NCBI GenBank assembly: GCA_040954595.2
Contig: CM082592.2
Location: 12,065,696 to 12,129,695 of the forward strand
Source: Balanoglossus misakiensis
Taxonomy: Eukaryota; Animalia; Hemichordata
Direction of reading: 5' to 3'
DNA: 64,000 nucleotides
Within the stretch, counting starts at the first letter, position 1; each line of letters opens with the position of its first letter. The translations under genes were made by a program, and so were the position numbers. The notes beneath the pieces were generated by a model that saw only the letters and a list, made by a program, of their open reading frames with translations, searched no databases and had not been told where the DNA came from. Of the stretch, positions 38,216 to 52,900 are shown piece after piece.

Positions 38216-38458
38216 CTGCGTTGTTGACGAGAATGTCCAGTCTCTCTTCACTATTGCAGAACTCTTGTGCAAAATGTCTCACACTCTGCAGACTGGCCAA
38301 ATCACAGTGCATGCACAACACGTCATCGTTGCCGGTCGCTGCGGTGATTTCTTCAGCAACGGCCTCTCCCTTTTCTTTGCTGCGGCAGGCAAGAATGACC
38401 CGGGCTCCCCTCTTGGCCAGAGCAATAGCTGTTTGCTTTCCAATTCCAGAATTACCAC
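38216..38458 (-). CDS. Retinol dehydrogenase-like SDR, exon 2 (Rossmann fold)
   Basis: Acceptor tctcgcag|GT and donor GCAG|gtaggt. Contains (T)GGNSGIG, VILACRS (basic residue suggests NADP(H)), DLASLQSVR and LDILVNNAG. 243 bp, phase 1-1. Confidence 0.95.
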
Positions 38459-41400
38459 CTGCGAGACAAAAACAGAACACAAGAACGCATTTAGATATTG
38501 TGTATTTGTAAGAATTCTACTGTTATTATACTCAAACTCTAACAAGCATCGACGCCATTTTATAATTCTTTCTGTCCTCGCGTTCGACCACCACGACGAG
38601 GTATTTAAAGTTCGCACGATAGATTCTTTTTCCATTTTGGGCGGCAACCAATTATGTTCAGCCCCAATAAAAACTCGCTGTCTGGGCGAATTTTTATGGG
38701 TTTGCTCGCTCCTTTCTTGTGTGGTATTTTTAGTTTTCATCGTCAACGGGGACAAATTCAGCAAAGATGAAAAACGGAGTAACGGTAACCAAATTGGAGA
38801 GAAACAATTTTATTTATATGAATTGCGCTGTGGTTTTGCGGTGGTTTCATACATCCAATAGTACCGTTTCAAAACTTTATTGCAGTCTATTTTAAAAGGA
38901 ACTTGCGCTGGTGTCAATTTCATATATTCTGAAGACATTTCTATGGTGTCTGATTAGCTTTCAAGACCGGCCGTCCGTCTTTCTATATGCTCCCGGTCCG
39001 TCACCATGGATTTTTTTTCGGACCAGATCTCAGATTGCGCCGACAATGAGAAATACGGCGGAAGTAATGGTCCTATTGGTTGAATAGATAACGGATAACA
39101 GTTTCAGTGAAGTTGGCGAACCAGCTGGCAGACTGGCCGACTCACAGTGCCCCCCTTGGGTAACGGGTAATATTTCTAGGGCAAATGACGCACGAGAGGG
39201 GACATTGACGTCATCAAACTCATTTACATAATAAGATGTTCACGGATGAGGAACTTTTCCTTTGTTGCTAACTTGTAAGTCGCCACACCTCCAGTGTTTT
39301 CCTTTCTCTGAAAATGATTCTGAAAGCCACCACCGGAATCAGTATCCCTAATAAGCCATAATTACTTGTCTGCCGTTAAGGAACTTTCGAGACATCATTG
39401 AAGATCTCAAAAGTGGGTTGCCCATTTTTCCCCGCGCCATTCTACCGTCTCACATCTTCTATGGGGAAAGGGGTCGTTTTCACAGTAATCTAACAGAATA
39501 GACTACTAACCCGAGTTTAAGCTAATGTCACGCAACGTGTTCATTGCAAATGCCGCGCAAGTTAGGTTGGATGAGATTAGGGGGCGTATTGCAATCCATC
39601 TGATTAACTTGATGAGACTTTGTTCATATATATTTCAGTGAAAATGGATTTTGATCCTTTCCGGCGAAACAGATGGAAAATATCCCGCGTATCTGTCCGC
39701 GCAGAAAAATCGTTGAAGCGTATTAGTTCTTCCTGGCGGTGATACATGGCTGTCAGGGGTTGGAAAAGTATCGCCGTTTAATTACTTCCCTTTGGAAGTT
39801 AGGGGCGCACGTGCGGGATCTCATTACAGGCAACGGGCCAGTTGGCATTGTATTCTGCTTGCCAGCTTGGTCCTACGTCGATATGCTTGTGAACATCGTC
39901 AGTTAGCACATTGCCAGTTTGTTTTTGGCTCTCGTGTGGGTTTTGCTCGGGCTCGTTAACTTTGCAGGTGTGTATCGTGAGAACCATGTGAGTTGTATGG
40001 TCCTGGGCCACGTTGATCATTTCACCAGGGCGTAGGAATTTTGCGTCCATTTAAGAGACCTTCTTTCATCTATTCTTTGGTTCGTTTCAAACTTTCGGAT
40101 TTGTCTCCCCTTTTTCAGCAATTAAGTGGAATGCTTTCAGGGGATGCTCAATCGAGGCCGGGGCTTGTGTCAACGGTCCCCATGTGAAGCGATCTGTACA
40201 CGACGTGGTCTTTCGGAAGGATTCTGTGTTCGTTAATATACCGGGCTTCCCCGACTCAGCGTTTTCCAAGTTGCCCAATCTAACTTGACAGACGAAACAA
40301 TAAAACCGCGGCCGTGATGTCCCTTTATTGACCTTAGCTGACCTTCAGACAAACTTTAGTGAGAGAAACAAAAGACTAATCATGGCCTCGGCTTTTCGAC
40401 GTTTTCCTTGACTGTCTGCACTGCTCCGGTGTGCGCGTGATCTAAGACCGTGTCGGACCCGTTCTTTAGAACGTGAAATTACACCAATCGAGAGTACTAC
40501 ATCTGATGTCTTGCTAATGGGATAGGAAAGTAACACAGGAAAGCCAAATTCCAACCTGGCTCTCGGACAGAAAACGTTTATACGTGTACAATGCTGCCTG
40601 TCTCTCTGTAGACCTTGTTCAAACGATGCACGGCACCGTTTTGTTATCTGCCTTCTTCGCTTGATGCCCAAGTGGCCTGGCATTTAAATCGACGGGAACA
40701 AGGACGACTTGTTTGTCGGTCGCTGCAATGGACCCGTCTTCAAAACCCTGCCACTTGTGCTTGGACCCCGGGAATTTTTTGTGATTAAAATGCGATGGAC
40801 AAGTTCTGTTATACGCGAAGGACGACTCCGAGTGGTGGCCCCTAGTTATTATGTAACCTGTCAACAGGTCGTCGGACCAAAGGCCAAAAACGCTTTCTAC
40901 TCGGGAAAATAGCTTCAACTTTTGTGCTTGTATGGGCCTGTGCAAACCAGTCTGCGTGACGGCTACTCGCACTATGAATTACATTCGGCCTCTAAACTGG
41001 GTTCTTCGTAACCCCTTTCGATGTTGGGAGGTGATTGGTATCATATGGACAAATAAAAGCAAAACCTCGGTTGCTAAGGCGTCATTGCCATTGCTTTTGT
41101 TCTTTTTCTCCAGGACCCACCACCAGAGACAATAAGCTAATAAGAAATTGGCCAGGTATGCCAAAGGTGTGCATTGTTTATCTGGACGGAGGACCCCGGA
41201 GACAAGTCCCTTGTAATTCGGGTCTGCAGAAATTGGAATTCTTGATTGTTTGTTGCTGTGGTTGCTACATTCTGTTATTTTTTAATTCGTAGGAGAAAAT
41301 CTGCCAGACGGGTTCAGACCGGTTTCTATCTTAGCTGCTCGCAAATCTTGCAAATACTGAGTGTTTCCTCATTGCTGGGTTTTCATTGAAAGCCGCATGC

Positions 41401-42022
41401 AACGGATGTGGCGAGTTAGACCTGACTTTAAGTTTCCGACTTCTATGCAACCGCAATATCAACACATCAGTGTCTATGTGCGTACCGATGGAGTTTTATC
41501 AGAATACGCGGTTGATGCAAAACGGCAGCCCTACACTTTCGCCATCAGCGTTTAAAGTTCAGCTATTTTGTTGGGGGGGGGGGGGGTGCGGTAAACTTCC
41601 AGACTGCATAAAAAACAAACTCGAACAGAAACAAAAATCGGTGGAGAAAATGTTCGCGGAGAAAATTGAAAGTATACTGGCAGAAAAAAAAAATGAAGAC
41701 ATTTTTGAAGATCGCAGAGTAGCGCCTGGAAGATTTCGCAATAGCCTTGCACGCCTTCTCCCTGTCACAGACGATGAACATGCAAAGATATACCGCATAA
41801 ATGCCCCATATTATTTTCTGATTAAGAAAATCTGGTAAGCTACTTAACTTTTGCCGCACTTGTTAAAACTCGCATGCTGCATGTTTTGTGCATCGAACGA
41901 AACAGACGAAAGCGTTAGCAACCACGTTTTGTTTCTTGTAATGAGATGTGACATAATGCGCAAGTAACTAAAACTAAAAAGAACAGTTCGTAACACCAAA
42001 GAGAGAAAAAAATATGGCTTAC

Positions 42023-42146
42023 CGGTGATGATGGCGGTTTTTCCGTCTAGCCTTGTCGTGCATCTGCAAATATCCGAGGTCTTTGCAAAGTAGTAGTACA
42101 CGGAAAAGCATGCGACCAAAACGGCTGCAAGGATGATCGCTGACAT
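42023..42146 (-). CDS. Retinol dehydrogenase-like SDR, exon 1 (signal-anchor)
   Basis: ATG at 42146 and donor ACCG|gtaagc. Encodes MSAIILAAVLVACFSVYYYFAKTSDICRCTTRLDGKTAIIT(G): a hydrophobic anchor plus C...RLDGKTxIITG. The joined CDS is 1014 nt (337 aa + stop). Confidence 0.93.
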
Positions 42147-42234
42147 GGTGTGTCGGTTGAGAGAGTAGTCAAAGCTGGCGTTCACTGAATGGAGGCTGGC
42201 TTGATAGTTAAGTGGTGGCTGTTGGTCTGTGGTC

Positions 42235-42298
42235 TTTTATAGCTGAGTGAGTCAGCTCATTATGATAAGCGGCCTATTCACCGAAGGCGGTGACGTCA
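42235..42298 (-). promoter_or_regulatory. Core promoter of the SDR gene: TATA box, AP-1/ARE-like site and CRE
   Basis: TATAAAA on - at 42241-42235, ~90 bp above the ATG. gTGAGTCAgc at 42247-42256. Palindromic TGACGTCA at 42291-42298. Confidence 0.6.
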
Positions 42299-45200
42299 CC
42301 TTATAAGGAATTCCATTGACTGGATACTGTTTCAGCAAGTCAGCGTGCTCCGCGTCGCGTTGACTGCATCACACACGAACTGACGCAATAACGCCACAAT
42401 ATTTTCGGGGAAATATATAATGTGCCGCGCGAGTTATATGGAGTTTGTGTCCGAAGCTGACAAAAACTTCGATCTCGGGGAAGCAATTTTTCAATGGCCG
42501 TGAATGCTATATACATGTACACATGTACATGTATATATTCACGCATGATTCGTATGGGATAGAATGATCTATATTACGAATGGTGACCCACTTCCGCGTC
42601 ACTCCCCGGAGTCTTGGCCTTCCAGTCGACATACTAATTCGACGATTGGTCTACCGGCGGTGGTGTATATTCCATTAACTTATCGGTATCTCAACCGGTT
42701 CCCTCGCTCTCAAGGTGGTCGTCTAGCGTCTCCCCCACACGTCTGCGCCCCTTCTGTCTTACAGGCGACGGAAGGGGTGCTTCCGGATCTGCGGGACCCT
42801 TGTCTCACACGATACCGCCTGTCCAGTAGAACCAACAGCGGAAGACCCCATAAAGGAATTAACATTGGAGTAAAACATGACAAAGAGCGATTTTCCCACA
42901 ATATCGATTCAGATGACACAATACGGATCTCTCTTCCTTCCTCTTCCCGCTTTCAAATATTTGGTCAAAAGGACGTGACCCGATACTATTTTCAATAATG
43001 CCCAATAAAGAATCGATACCGTAACTAATTTAGTTGTTAATCCAGCCCACCTACCTTGCAACGTCAACTCGAAAAAAATGTCGACAGTCTCTCCATAGAT
43101 TTTGTACAAAGACGCGACAGACGTCACACAAAGCCGGATATACATGTGCTACTAAACCAACGCCATATAGACGATCACCAGCTCCTTTTATATAATACAA
43201 AATATTGTGTCTGCTTTTTGAACGTTACCCTTTTTTTTATTTCCGACGACATTGTACAACAAGGCTGAGTTTTCCCCTTCATCCCAGTTTAAATTTACCC
43301 TTTTTGTTCGAAAGTATAATTAGACCGCAGCCCACCCTAATTGTTGTGTCCATGAAAATTTATCAACCGACGGGTACACCTTTTAAAAGATTTTAAATAT
43401 TTAGAATTCTTTCGTGTGGTCCTAAAGTGCCAAAGGATCATTACTTGCCAAAGGGGTGTAAAGGGGCGTCCGTTGCAAAATTATACGGATAATCCCTTAT
43501 CTTAGCCCCATAACACGCTTTACTTGTTAGTTCATTTATTTTATTGACAGTTTGTTTATCTATCTATTTACGTGTTCTTGTGTAGACTTGTCAGCATGGC
43601 CATGTAAAACTAATGCCAACCAAGCATAGAACGACGCACAGGAAAGACAGACAGATAGACAGACATGTATCTTACGCGCGTTAGGACATATAAAGTTGTT
43701 TTATTAACGCCGCTGTACGTCAATAACGCGTCATGAATTAGGCAAATAACGCGTAAATATTACACTTCCTAGTTTATCCAATTAACATTTTTGCCTCAGA
43801 ACAAGGGCATATTCCGACTGTCGCGCGTTTGCCATCCATTATGCGCTCCAATTTTCGCTTACTTATTTAATATGCAAAACACTATAGATGACGCACAGTG
43901 ATGTAATATTTTAGTTGAAACCCGTATCCCCCGCATTTCAATGAGACGTTTCCGTTGAAGCCGGGTTGTCATTGACGTTATTTCAATTTCATATATCCTA
44001 CTTAACCATATCACAACGACATATATATATATATATAGCTGCCTGATGATTGTATCGTAAGATGTCTGAAACTCTGAGTAGCGAGTAAAGGGTGTTATCA
44101 TAGAAACCCCTCTCTTTCTATTATATGTAATATACAGCTCTAGTTGAAGGCATCAATAATCTATCTGCTGTCTTGTATCTCCATTTTGTCAGTGAAAATT
44201 GATAATATCTGGGAGACAACGGAACTGTTGTGTTTCAATTTGATTTCAGAAACCTATAGTAATAGCTATAATCGTGCTACAAACAACGTTGTTGGATAAA
44301 CCTTGTGTTCTTGGACCAGTATTTGGTAATGCGAGAACAGGTTTCAAGGAAGTTTGCGGACGATTAATGAGGTGGAGACGCGAGTGTGTTGAAAACAGCG
44401 TCACTCGCTCAGTAGTGTGTGCACACTGCGTTTTGTGGTTTTCTTTCGGCGTGTGTGGTTTCTGCCAAACTTTCTCAGCAGAGGCGTCAGAAGAAATTGT
44501 GGCGGATGTAGGCTGAGATGCGGAGCCATGGCGTATAGGAAGTTATCTATTAAAGGGATCTGACAACCAGGTATACGTTGTGAAATACGTCAGCCATACT
44601 CGGGTCAAGGTGGAAGGAAGATTGAGTGTCTGACATAATTATGTGTTGAAAGATGCGACTATTTGCGTTGTTTGAACAACATTACCACTTGAAATTCAAT
44701 GCTTAATATCCCCAAGAGAATACGATGGGCCGGGGTGGTACTGGAATAGCGCCGAACGAGGCCGTCGCGTCTTAGCGTTTAGAACTGTCAGAAACAGAGA
44801 TGCGGTCTTTATAAAAATCGTTTAATCGCAGAAGGTCGGGCAGGCGGTGCGAGACCGAGATGTATTGTGACGTAGCGAGTGGCGTGATGCAACCACTCGT
44901 TAGAAATGCCACACGTGCCTGACCCTGTATCATGACATTTTGGATCGTAGAGCCGGTCCTGTGATAGAGGGACTGTGGCCTGTCCTACGTTGCGATGGGT
45001 CCGATGCAATGTGAGTCTACTTTCGTTTAGATAAGCTGTAACCTCTGAGACGTGAACGCTTCATCACCAAGAAAATACCAGGCACACAATTGCCGGCATA
45101 TTTCGAATGTTCACACGGTTTTATCGCGGACGGGCGATATCGTGATGGCGGGTCGGGAAGAAAACCACAAATCCGACTCGCCGTAACACTTTCATTCCAA

Positions 45201-46860
45201 CGGTTCGCAGCCATCTTACAGGCGGTTGATATTTGCCAACAGTTAGTTTCTGTTAAACCGACCTCGCCAATTCACATAAAAACATGAAAATTGATATGAT
45301 TTTCTTTGATAAACATATCTACGGGAGACGCACCTCATTTAACATTGGTACAGCGTCGTCCAATCTATCTCCTGCGGTCTCATTAAATGAACGGGAATTC
45401 GACAAATATTGACTCGGCGTGACTTCAATGTGACCCGACAAAGGTCATGCTGGATGCGATTACAAGGCTGAAAACTATTACCTTACTATTGCTATTACTG
45501 GTATTGCTTCATTTGGAGATTTTGTAATGTAAGTCTTGTCGGAGCGAGGGAGACCACTGTGGTTTTTAAGGGGACAAACAGTTTCAACCATTCAAAAGCA
45601 GTATGTATCAGGTTGATGTTTTAATTCATCCAGCATGCCTGGAATGTTTTGGCGGTGTCTTGATTAAGTCGTCGGGTGTTTTTTTTTTTTCCTTTTGATT
45701 TACCTGATCATAAAATACCGTTTTCAATTGAACGACAAAGGAGACAAAAATGTTGGTTCTTTGTTGGATGGGGTACAATAGTCGGTCTGTTTGTAAACAG
45801 GTTGAAAGTGAGCGCAACGTGAGAAATCGATGAGTTTTTGGAGGAAGCAGGGTAAGGGTGGCCATACCGACTCGGCGGAAACTGGCATACCTGACTGGCC
45901 AGTGACACCTTGTGCGTTGAGGCGATGTCTTCCGCGTGGCAAGCTTCACCGCCACAGAACACAATGCCAAGCGATGATTTAAAGGACCGCAAGTCGACAG
46001 CCAACTTCTGACCACACACTGTTTCTCATTCTAGAGAATGTTCACATTTTGAAAGGCCGCAGAATTGTCAACTATATGTAGTTAGCAGATTTGTCTCTGA
46101 CAAAACACGGGCAATTGGCAATTTCAAGCAACAAACTTTCCCACATATTCACACGATCACCGAACACACAGACCACAGAAATATTTGACGTACAGTGGGT
46201 TATTTCAGCGTTTTCTGATTTTGATTTAATAGTAACTGCGTCACGGTAGTATTAATATACAATTCCACGGTACTGACATGATAAAGGAACATCTCTTTCC
46301 CCGCAGTTATCACATTTTGTTCTCATCGGAATTCGCTGCCCCCGCCTCCCCCCCCCCCCCCAAAAAAAATCATCCTATTGTTTTGTTGCATCAGCATGAT
46401 GACTCACCACTTTACTGCTAAAAAGGATATTGCATAACTTGATGGAAAAGTGTCTGTAAAAAGAACCCAATCTTTTGCTTCTGTTGTTTAACGACTCAAT
46501 TAATTAACAGTCTCTCCCTCCGAAAGAATGTGGACATGTTAAGCCTCTCAGGATAGGTAACATTATCGGTGGGAAGGGGAGGGGGAGAAAGTGCCGAGTC
46601 ACCGAGATTTGAAGAGCCGCCCCGGGAAAGACTTTGTTTGAAGACTGCCTCGCCGACAACACCCACTATGTGGCACGTTAAAATGGACTTTAAGACCTTA
46701 AAATCATGAAAAGCAGGTGTCGTAATGGGTTTTGTCTTGCCCTTTGAATTGAATCTTGACTCAGACCTACCGGCCGCGTAACAACTGAGGCATCGCAACA
46801 ACCGTTACGTATTACATGTATTCCACTTGGTTGCTGGTCTAGGCTTACAGCGGTGTTCAT

Positions 46861-46909
46861 TGGTTGGTTGGTCCTGGTTGGTTCCGCGCTTGGTTGGTTG
46901 GCCCTGGTT
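46861..46909. repeat. Short tandem duplication (~29-bp period, TTGG-rich)
   Basis: tggttggttggtcctggttg followed by tggttggttggccctggttg. Confidence 0.7.
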
Positions 46910-49900
46910 GCTACACGCTCAGCGTATGCTGTAATGTTCACTCCGAGGGTCACCGCACCAGACATTCTCCGATTTATCTTATTTTAAATACAAATGAAGT
47001 ATAGACTGACGACGATTGCTTTGTATGAGGAGGCATGTTGAAGCATCACATGCACATACTGTAATTGTCCGCATTGGAGATTATAAATTGGTGTTGATGT
47101 GACCTACACAAACGACAGAGCGCCAGGGTTGATGCACTAAAACCTGTCCACGTACATATCATTCGAAAGAGCCACATGTACACGGTGCAACAAGAGTATA
47201 GTCTCAGTCATGATTAAAATTTCAAAAATACACTTCATCAACAGTTGTGACTTGGTAACGTTTTGCACAATCCCTTTCCTTTGATATCTAGGACGAAGTT
47301 GCTGCATGTCGGCACTTTTCCCCGCTCCCATATTTCTGGTCGCAACTACTTGTATAATTCATTCCCTTTCTGATTCGGGAATACGTAAATTCTCGACAGA
47401 GGACTTTCACGAATATTTACGATTGTTTCTTAACGGTGCTTTCATATACCCTGGAGGGTCTTCCAGGGTCTAGTCTTGTGGTGATGTACACGTGTTTGCC
47501 CGCCATAGTGCCAGCGAAGGCCTTGGGGGTTGTCTCCATTTCACTTTATCATTGGTAGCTTATTTTCAATATGTACATTTACGACTTGGCGCACGTGGGT
47601 GTACCCAAAGGGTTCTCCACGATGTCCAAACATGTAACCAGGTCAAGGTTGAAGGTCAGGGTCAAAAACTTCAAGGTCGGTGGCCCATATGGCCGCAGTG
47701 GATCCAGGGCCTGACAGTATCCCTGAACTATCGCGTACGTGCGAAACACCAGAGATGTTTTACCGATGATTCCATTCATTTTTGCAATGACCTTTGCTTC
47801 TGAAGATGACTTTGATGTCTACAAAGGGTCTATGCAAATCCACAAACAAAGAGAAAGTTGTTTTCTCTTTGTCTTTGGTTTGAAAGAAATACCGACGCGA
47901 CTTTTGTTGCAGTTTTGTACATGTATGTTATTTCTACCCGTTCTTATCTCAACTCAAATATTCTGTTGTGAATTGTTGGATAATTAACAATCGATAATTT
48001 AACAATCGATTAAGTAGAACGAGCCTTTCAAATAAAACGGGGAGATGACGTCGGAAGAGCGTGACCAATTCTTAGCTAAGGTGACCTTCTTTGAAAAGGT
48101 GCGGTTTTGTCAGAATCTCTATGGGCTACGCATCATCGACCATGGTCACGTGACAACATGCCAACCGATTATGGTGTCTGTCTCCTGAATCACAATGCAA
48201 TGTGAATCTCGGTCAGCTGATCAGGCGATGTCTATTGTCAGTGTAACTATTTAAATGTGCAAATCACCCGGTTCGACCTGGAAGTGACCGCTATCGCGAT
48301 CGCCACGTGTTTGCGATTTCTCGATGAATGTACACACGTCGGATACTACCATTGAGTCAATCATCTAACGATAGGTTTCCCTCAAACATCATAGCCAGAC
48401 TGAAGCTCGTCATACCCGGCCGCGGGCACCTATCCTAAGTTCCTTTACATGTGAACGATGATACATGGTTTACAAAACTTACAGTCAACTAAAACAAGTT
48501 TCTTTGTGTCTCTTCCCTGGAAATAAAACTGGTTCCCTTCGGACATGGATACCCATTTCCCCCACAGAGTAGCACCATCGGGAGACAAATTTATTTCATT
48601 TACATTTCCAAGATCTACCTGCTTCTCGTTCTACAAATCCCAAACCACCAATTACGATACAAGCAATAAAGAGCATGATGAGTCATGTCTTAGTTCAGGT
48701 TTGTGGGTCGCGTTGATTGATTTATTCGATGTGGGTCTAATATAAATACTACTTGAGGCTCACAAAAGAAACCAATTCAGTTTTATGGAAAAAGCCGAGT
48801 TCTTTCTTATTCAGAGCCGACACGATGACAACTTCCGAGTGGATGATAGTCATAACGCCCACTCGTTTTCTGAAGCCTCCCTCACTATTCAACGTGTTTT
48901 GGTGACTCCCGACGAGTGGTGCCATGACTCAGTAGCTTGTCACAGTTTTAGTGACGAAGCGTTGATCGAAGTTCAATTTCACATCATGAACACAAACGGG
49001 GGTGCCGTCGGAAGCGGAAACGACCCTGAGATCCTAATTGAGTTTCCGATCACACGTCACCGATATTGGCCTCCGACAGATACCGATTCACGCCGAGTGT
49101 GTACGAGCGCGGTCGCACGGTTTCTCGACCACGCCTGATCAAGCCGGCTTCGTTCTTTCGTGATGACTGACTCAGGGAACATAAAGAAATAAGGATGGGC
49201 CAAAGGGAAATAAATGAGAAGAGAAATTTTGACAGATTCTAGATTCTATTTGTTCGACCCCTTTTAACAAGAACGACACAGATACATATCTCTTGGTAAT
49301 TCTCGATGGAAAGGATCCTATGTGATTGAAACTAAGTCACCCAAAAATTCTGAACTGATTCCTAACTACCGATCTCTAAATGGTAGTTACGCCTTGTTGG
49401 GGGCGGGTTCCCACGTGCGTCTGGTGGACGAATTGTCCCCACCTTTCGAATATCTACTGTATTCACGTCAATTGCTCAATTTTGATTTTCATATCTTCCA
49501 AATGCGAAAGAAAATTATATAAAGTGCAGTATCGATTGAAGGATACCAGTCCATTATCTCCCTTCTCGCTGTCTTCGCATGTATTGTCGAGGTGTAATTT
49601 GTCTTTCGCGTAGGACGGAAAAGGGCAAAAGGCGAATCTATTGCGAATAAATTTCGCACATTACCAATTCCGTCGTCCTCAATCATATAGTGACGTCAAA
49701 TGAATGTACTGAGAATTAGGATTATAGCACAAGGCGTCTAAATTATTGCTGACATGGGATCATATAGATACATATAAATCATAGAAATACATAATTGGCC
49801 AATTGAAGTATGTCGGACAGTAGGAAATGTCAAATTATGACACATTGTATTCTTGCTGAAAATTAATTTGCTGTTGATGGCATATTGTAAGCCTACGTGC

Positions 49901-52900
49901 GATTCGAACAGTATTTGACCGCTTTAAGGCAGTGTGTACAGGTGGGCTTGAATCCAAATGCCATTTCTTTCCCCTTTCTCGTATTACTGAAAGTCAAGAT
50001 GTTTGAACCCTGTCTCGAATTCAGTCACGTGCTTTGCAACACGGGATCATACACACGTCGACGTAACTGTAAAATCCCAAGAACCTTTACACCGCTCACG
50101 ATTTTGCCTCGTGATCGAAACAACCGTCAAGTCGTGATTAGGTAATATCTTAAAGGTAAAGGAAACTCTATGGTCTGGCACCGTGATCATGAAGGCATAC
50201 ACCACGTGCGGTGGGCAGTCACGTGGCACGTGACGATTTCACGCCGACATGTGAGGGCCGAGGTTACATGCATATGATGTTTTTGTGTTTTAAGTGAAAC
50301 TATCCGTATTTATAAGGTAGGTTGGTGTACTGAACTTCTAAATTTATTGAAAAGAGCGTAAAATGACAGTTATTGCCTTGAAAACAACTTGTTGATGTTG
50401 ATACTGCATCGATAATTTAGGAGAAATTGGGGGACATTTTTCATGGTGTCCATTCCGACACTGAGATTTTTGAAAATGTTTACTGCAAGCTAGACATGTT
50501 GATCTCACGCTTTCAACATCAACTCACGGAAGTCATTCTCATAAAAATGCTGACGGAAATATTACTTGTGTTCAGTCTCGCTATGTTTTACGTGCTTTCA
50601 TCGGCGTCTCGCTGGCCGACCATGGTCAAAGCAGTACAGCGATGTTTGTGGCGGGCACGTACGACCATGACGAATACGATAATGGATGGTGATGTGTGTG
50701 TTGGGGTGGGATTGGGTGGGATGCTCCGCCAGGGAGGGCCTTTCATTTTTGGTTGGAACTTCATAGCCGCGTTTCCCAATTTATTGTTTTGACCCCCAGG
50801 TTAAATTATGTCTGTATCAGCCGTCGACAAAACAAGCACCGCACATCATTTACGACAATAAATATTTCACACGAAATTTTTCTGGACAATAACAATAACG
50901 GGTGTCTTGGCCCAGGTGTATTTCTCGGCTAAGCTGCACAAAATCTTTTTCAAGAATGATTTCTTTTTGTAGTTACGATTTTAAATGATCAAACTGATTT
51001 TTATTGCTTGGACTAGTTGCATAACTCCAAGCAGTCCACCAGAAAATTGACACGTCCGATTTCTACAAGTTAAAGTTGAAATGTAACTGAAGCCGTATTA
51101 AACTGTGAGGTCATACAGAGATTCCGTAAGAAGGTATTTTGACGACAGACTTCGCTGAATTTTTGCCACTGTTTGTATTTATTTCAGAGTTTTGAACCAA
51201 GATGAACAATTTAATGTAAAAACAGCCACGGCACTGGCACTGAGAGAACAGACGTTCGAATTCTGTCACGTGTGAAACAGAGCAGAACCGCGAAGTTGAT
51301 ATATACGCATATGTGACGTCATACACTGTGAAAATAACTTCAGTGCTCACTCGTTGGGTTCCGGTGCTTCGCGGAGCGGATGTATCTCTGCGTTCACTTT
51401 ATTTTGATGAACTCGTGTGTGCGTGTATATACTGGAAGTATCTCCAGTGGCCTCAGGTACCGCCATGTGTAAATTTGTGAAAAATAAGCTTTCCCCTTGA
51501 CATCATCGATAATGAATCAATGTTGACGTCATCTCACGCTGTACATAACATTTTTCCGGTTCCGTGTTTCTATTTCCATCCATCGACAACAACACTTCAA
51601 CATGCCGTGATGACCGATAAAATATATGAACCGGGCGACTTCCGCCTGCCTCGCCAAATACGGTAAAAACTCCTTTCCGGGGTCGGCATAGTAATCTAAT
51701 ATTGACTGTGTTGCAACACCCTAAAACACGACAAGAATGCCAAGTTGAACTTTGGTCCATTCTCATTTTTTCTGTCGAAACTCATTTCAAAAATAAAATG
51801 TGCCTGGATCCATTAAATTCATAATCACTTTGTCGTTTTTGTACCCCTTAATCGCCATTTTTATTTTACATGGAAAGTTTGTCATATTATACTAGAAAAA
51901 CTCCAGAAAGCGCAGAAATCAACGTATTATGTAGTACATTTATTATCAATTGACAATGCATCTTCATCTAAAATTGGCGACGGACGTAATCAAAACGGGT
52001 CATAATATTTCGGTCACCCTGGTTTATTAAAATCCTCATTTTATAAATATCATTTTGTTAGTAGTTCCAAACGACATGTCCGAAGGTAGTGAGTTGACGG
52101 GTTTAGAAGTGTTTGTTGTATCTAAGACGATCGAAACGCATCTGCGCAGTCTCTGTTTGAAAACCCGCAAACTGTTGTCGGAAATACTATCCAAGCTTTC
52201 TCATCCACAGAGTGAAAATATTTGCGTGGTCGTGAGACCTTTGCTCCGTTTCCTCGATATGTGTACGTTGTACATGCCACTGTTGGCCTTCCGTGTTTAC
52301 CAACAAATAAACCCAAATTAGCGGTGAGTGGTCTGTTTAACAATTCAACAAAACGCTCGTGGTAGTCGCCTGCCAGCATATTTCTCACACCCAAGCTCTT
52401 TCTGGATACGGGGCTTGGTACATCGGAAGTAAACAGCGGCCCCAGTCAGGTCTTTGAAAATGGGTACTGTACTTACCGTATTCCGTGAGGCAATTAAATC
52501 ACCCGACTTGCCATTTTTTGGAAATGATCAGGCAAACCCATTCGCACAACGTACCGTGGATAGTTTGAAATTAACGTTGCGAAGGGAGGTTTTTTATTTA
52601 TACGACCGGTTCAGTTTCCCTGAAACCTTACGTCGAGTCCCCTCCATTGACGTAATACCACGTAGGTCTCCATAACCTATGGTCCTTTGTGTGTGTGAGC
52701 GCGCAGACCACGATGTGTAAAAGGCCTTTGAATTACGATTCGTAGAAACTGGGACATGGTGCGCAGTTAACTTCCAAGAACCTTAGCTCGATCAGACCAC
52801 GGCGATTGCGGCGTTGTTTACAACCCGAAAATAAATTATAATAAAGAAAAAAACCTGCTGTTTCAGATTGGTCGTGTTTTTGTGTGTGTACCCATCAGAT

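Noticed and set aside
38025-38861. 278-aa plus-strand ORF, and other antisense ORFs at 36982-37937 and 5103-5807
   Set aside because: They are shadows of real exons on the opposite strand and carry no recognisable motifs.
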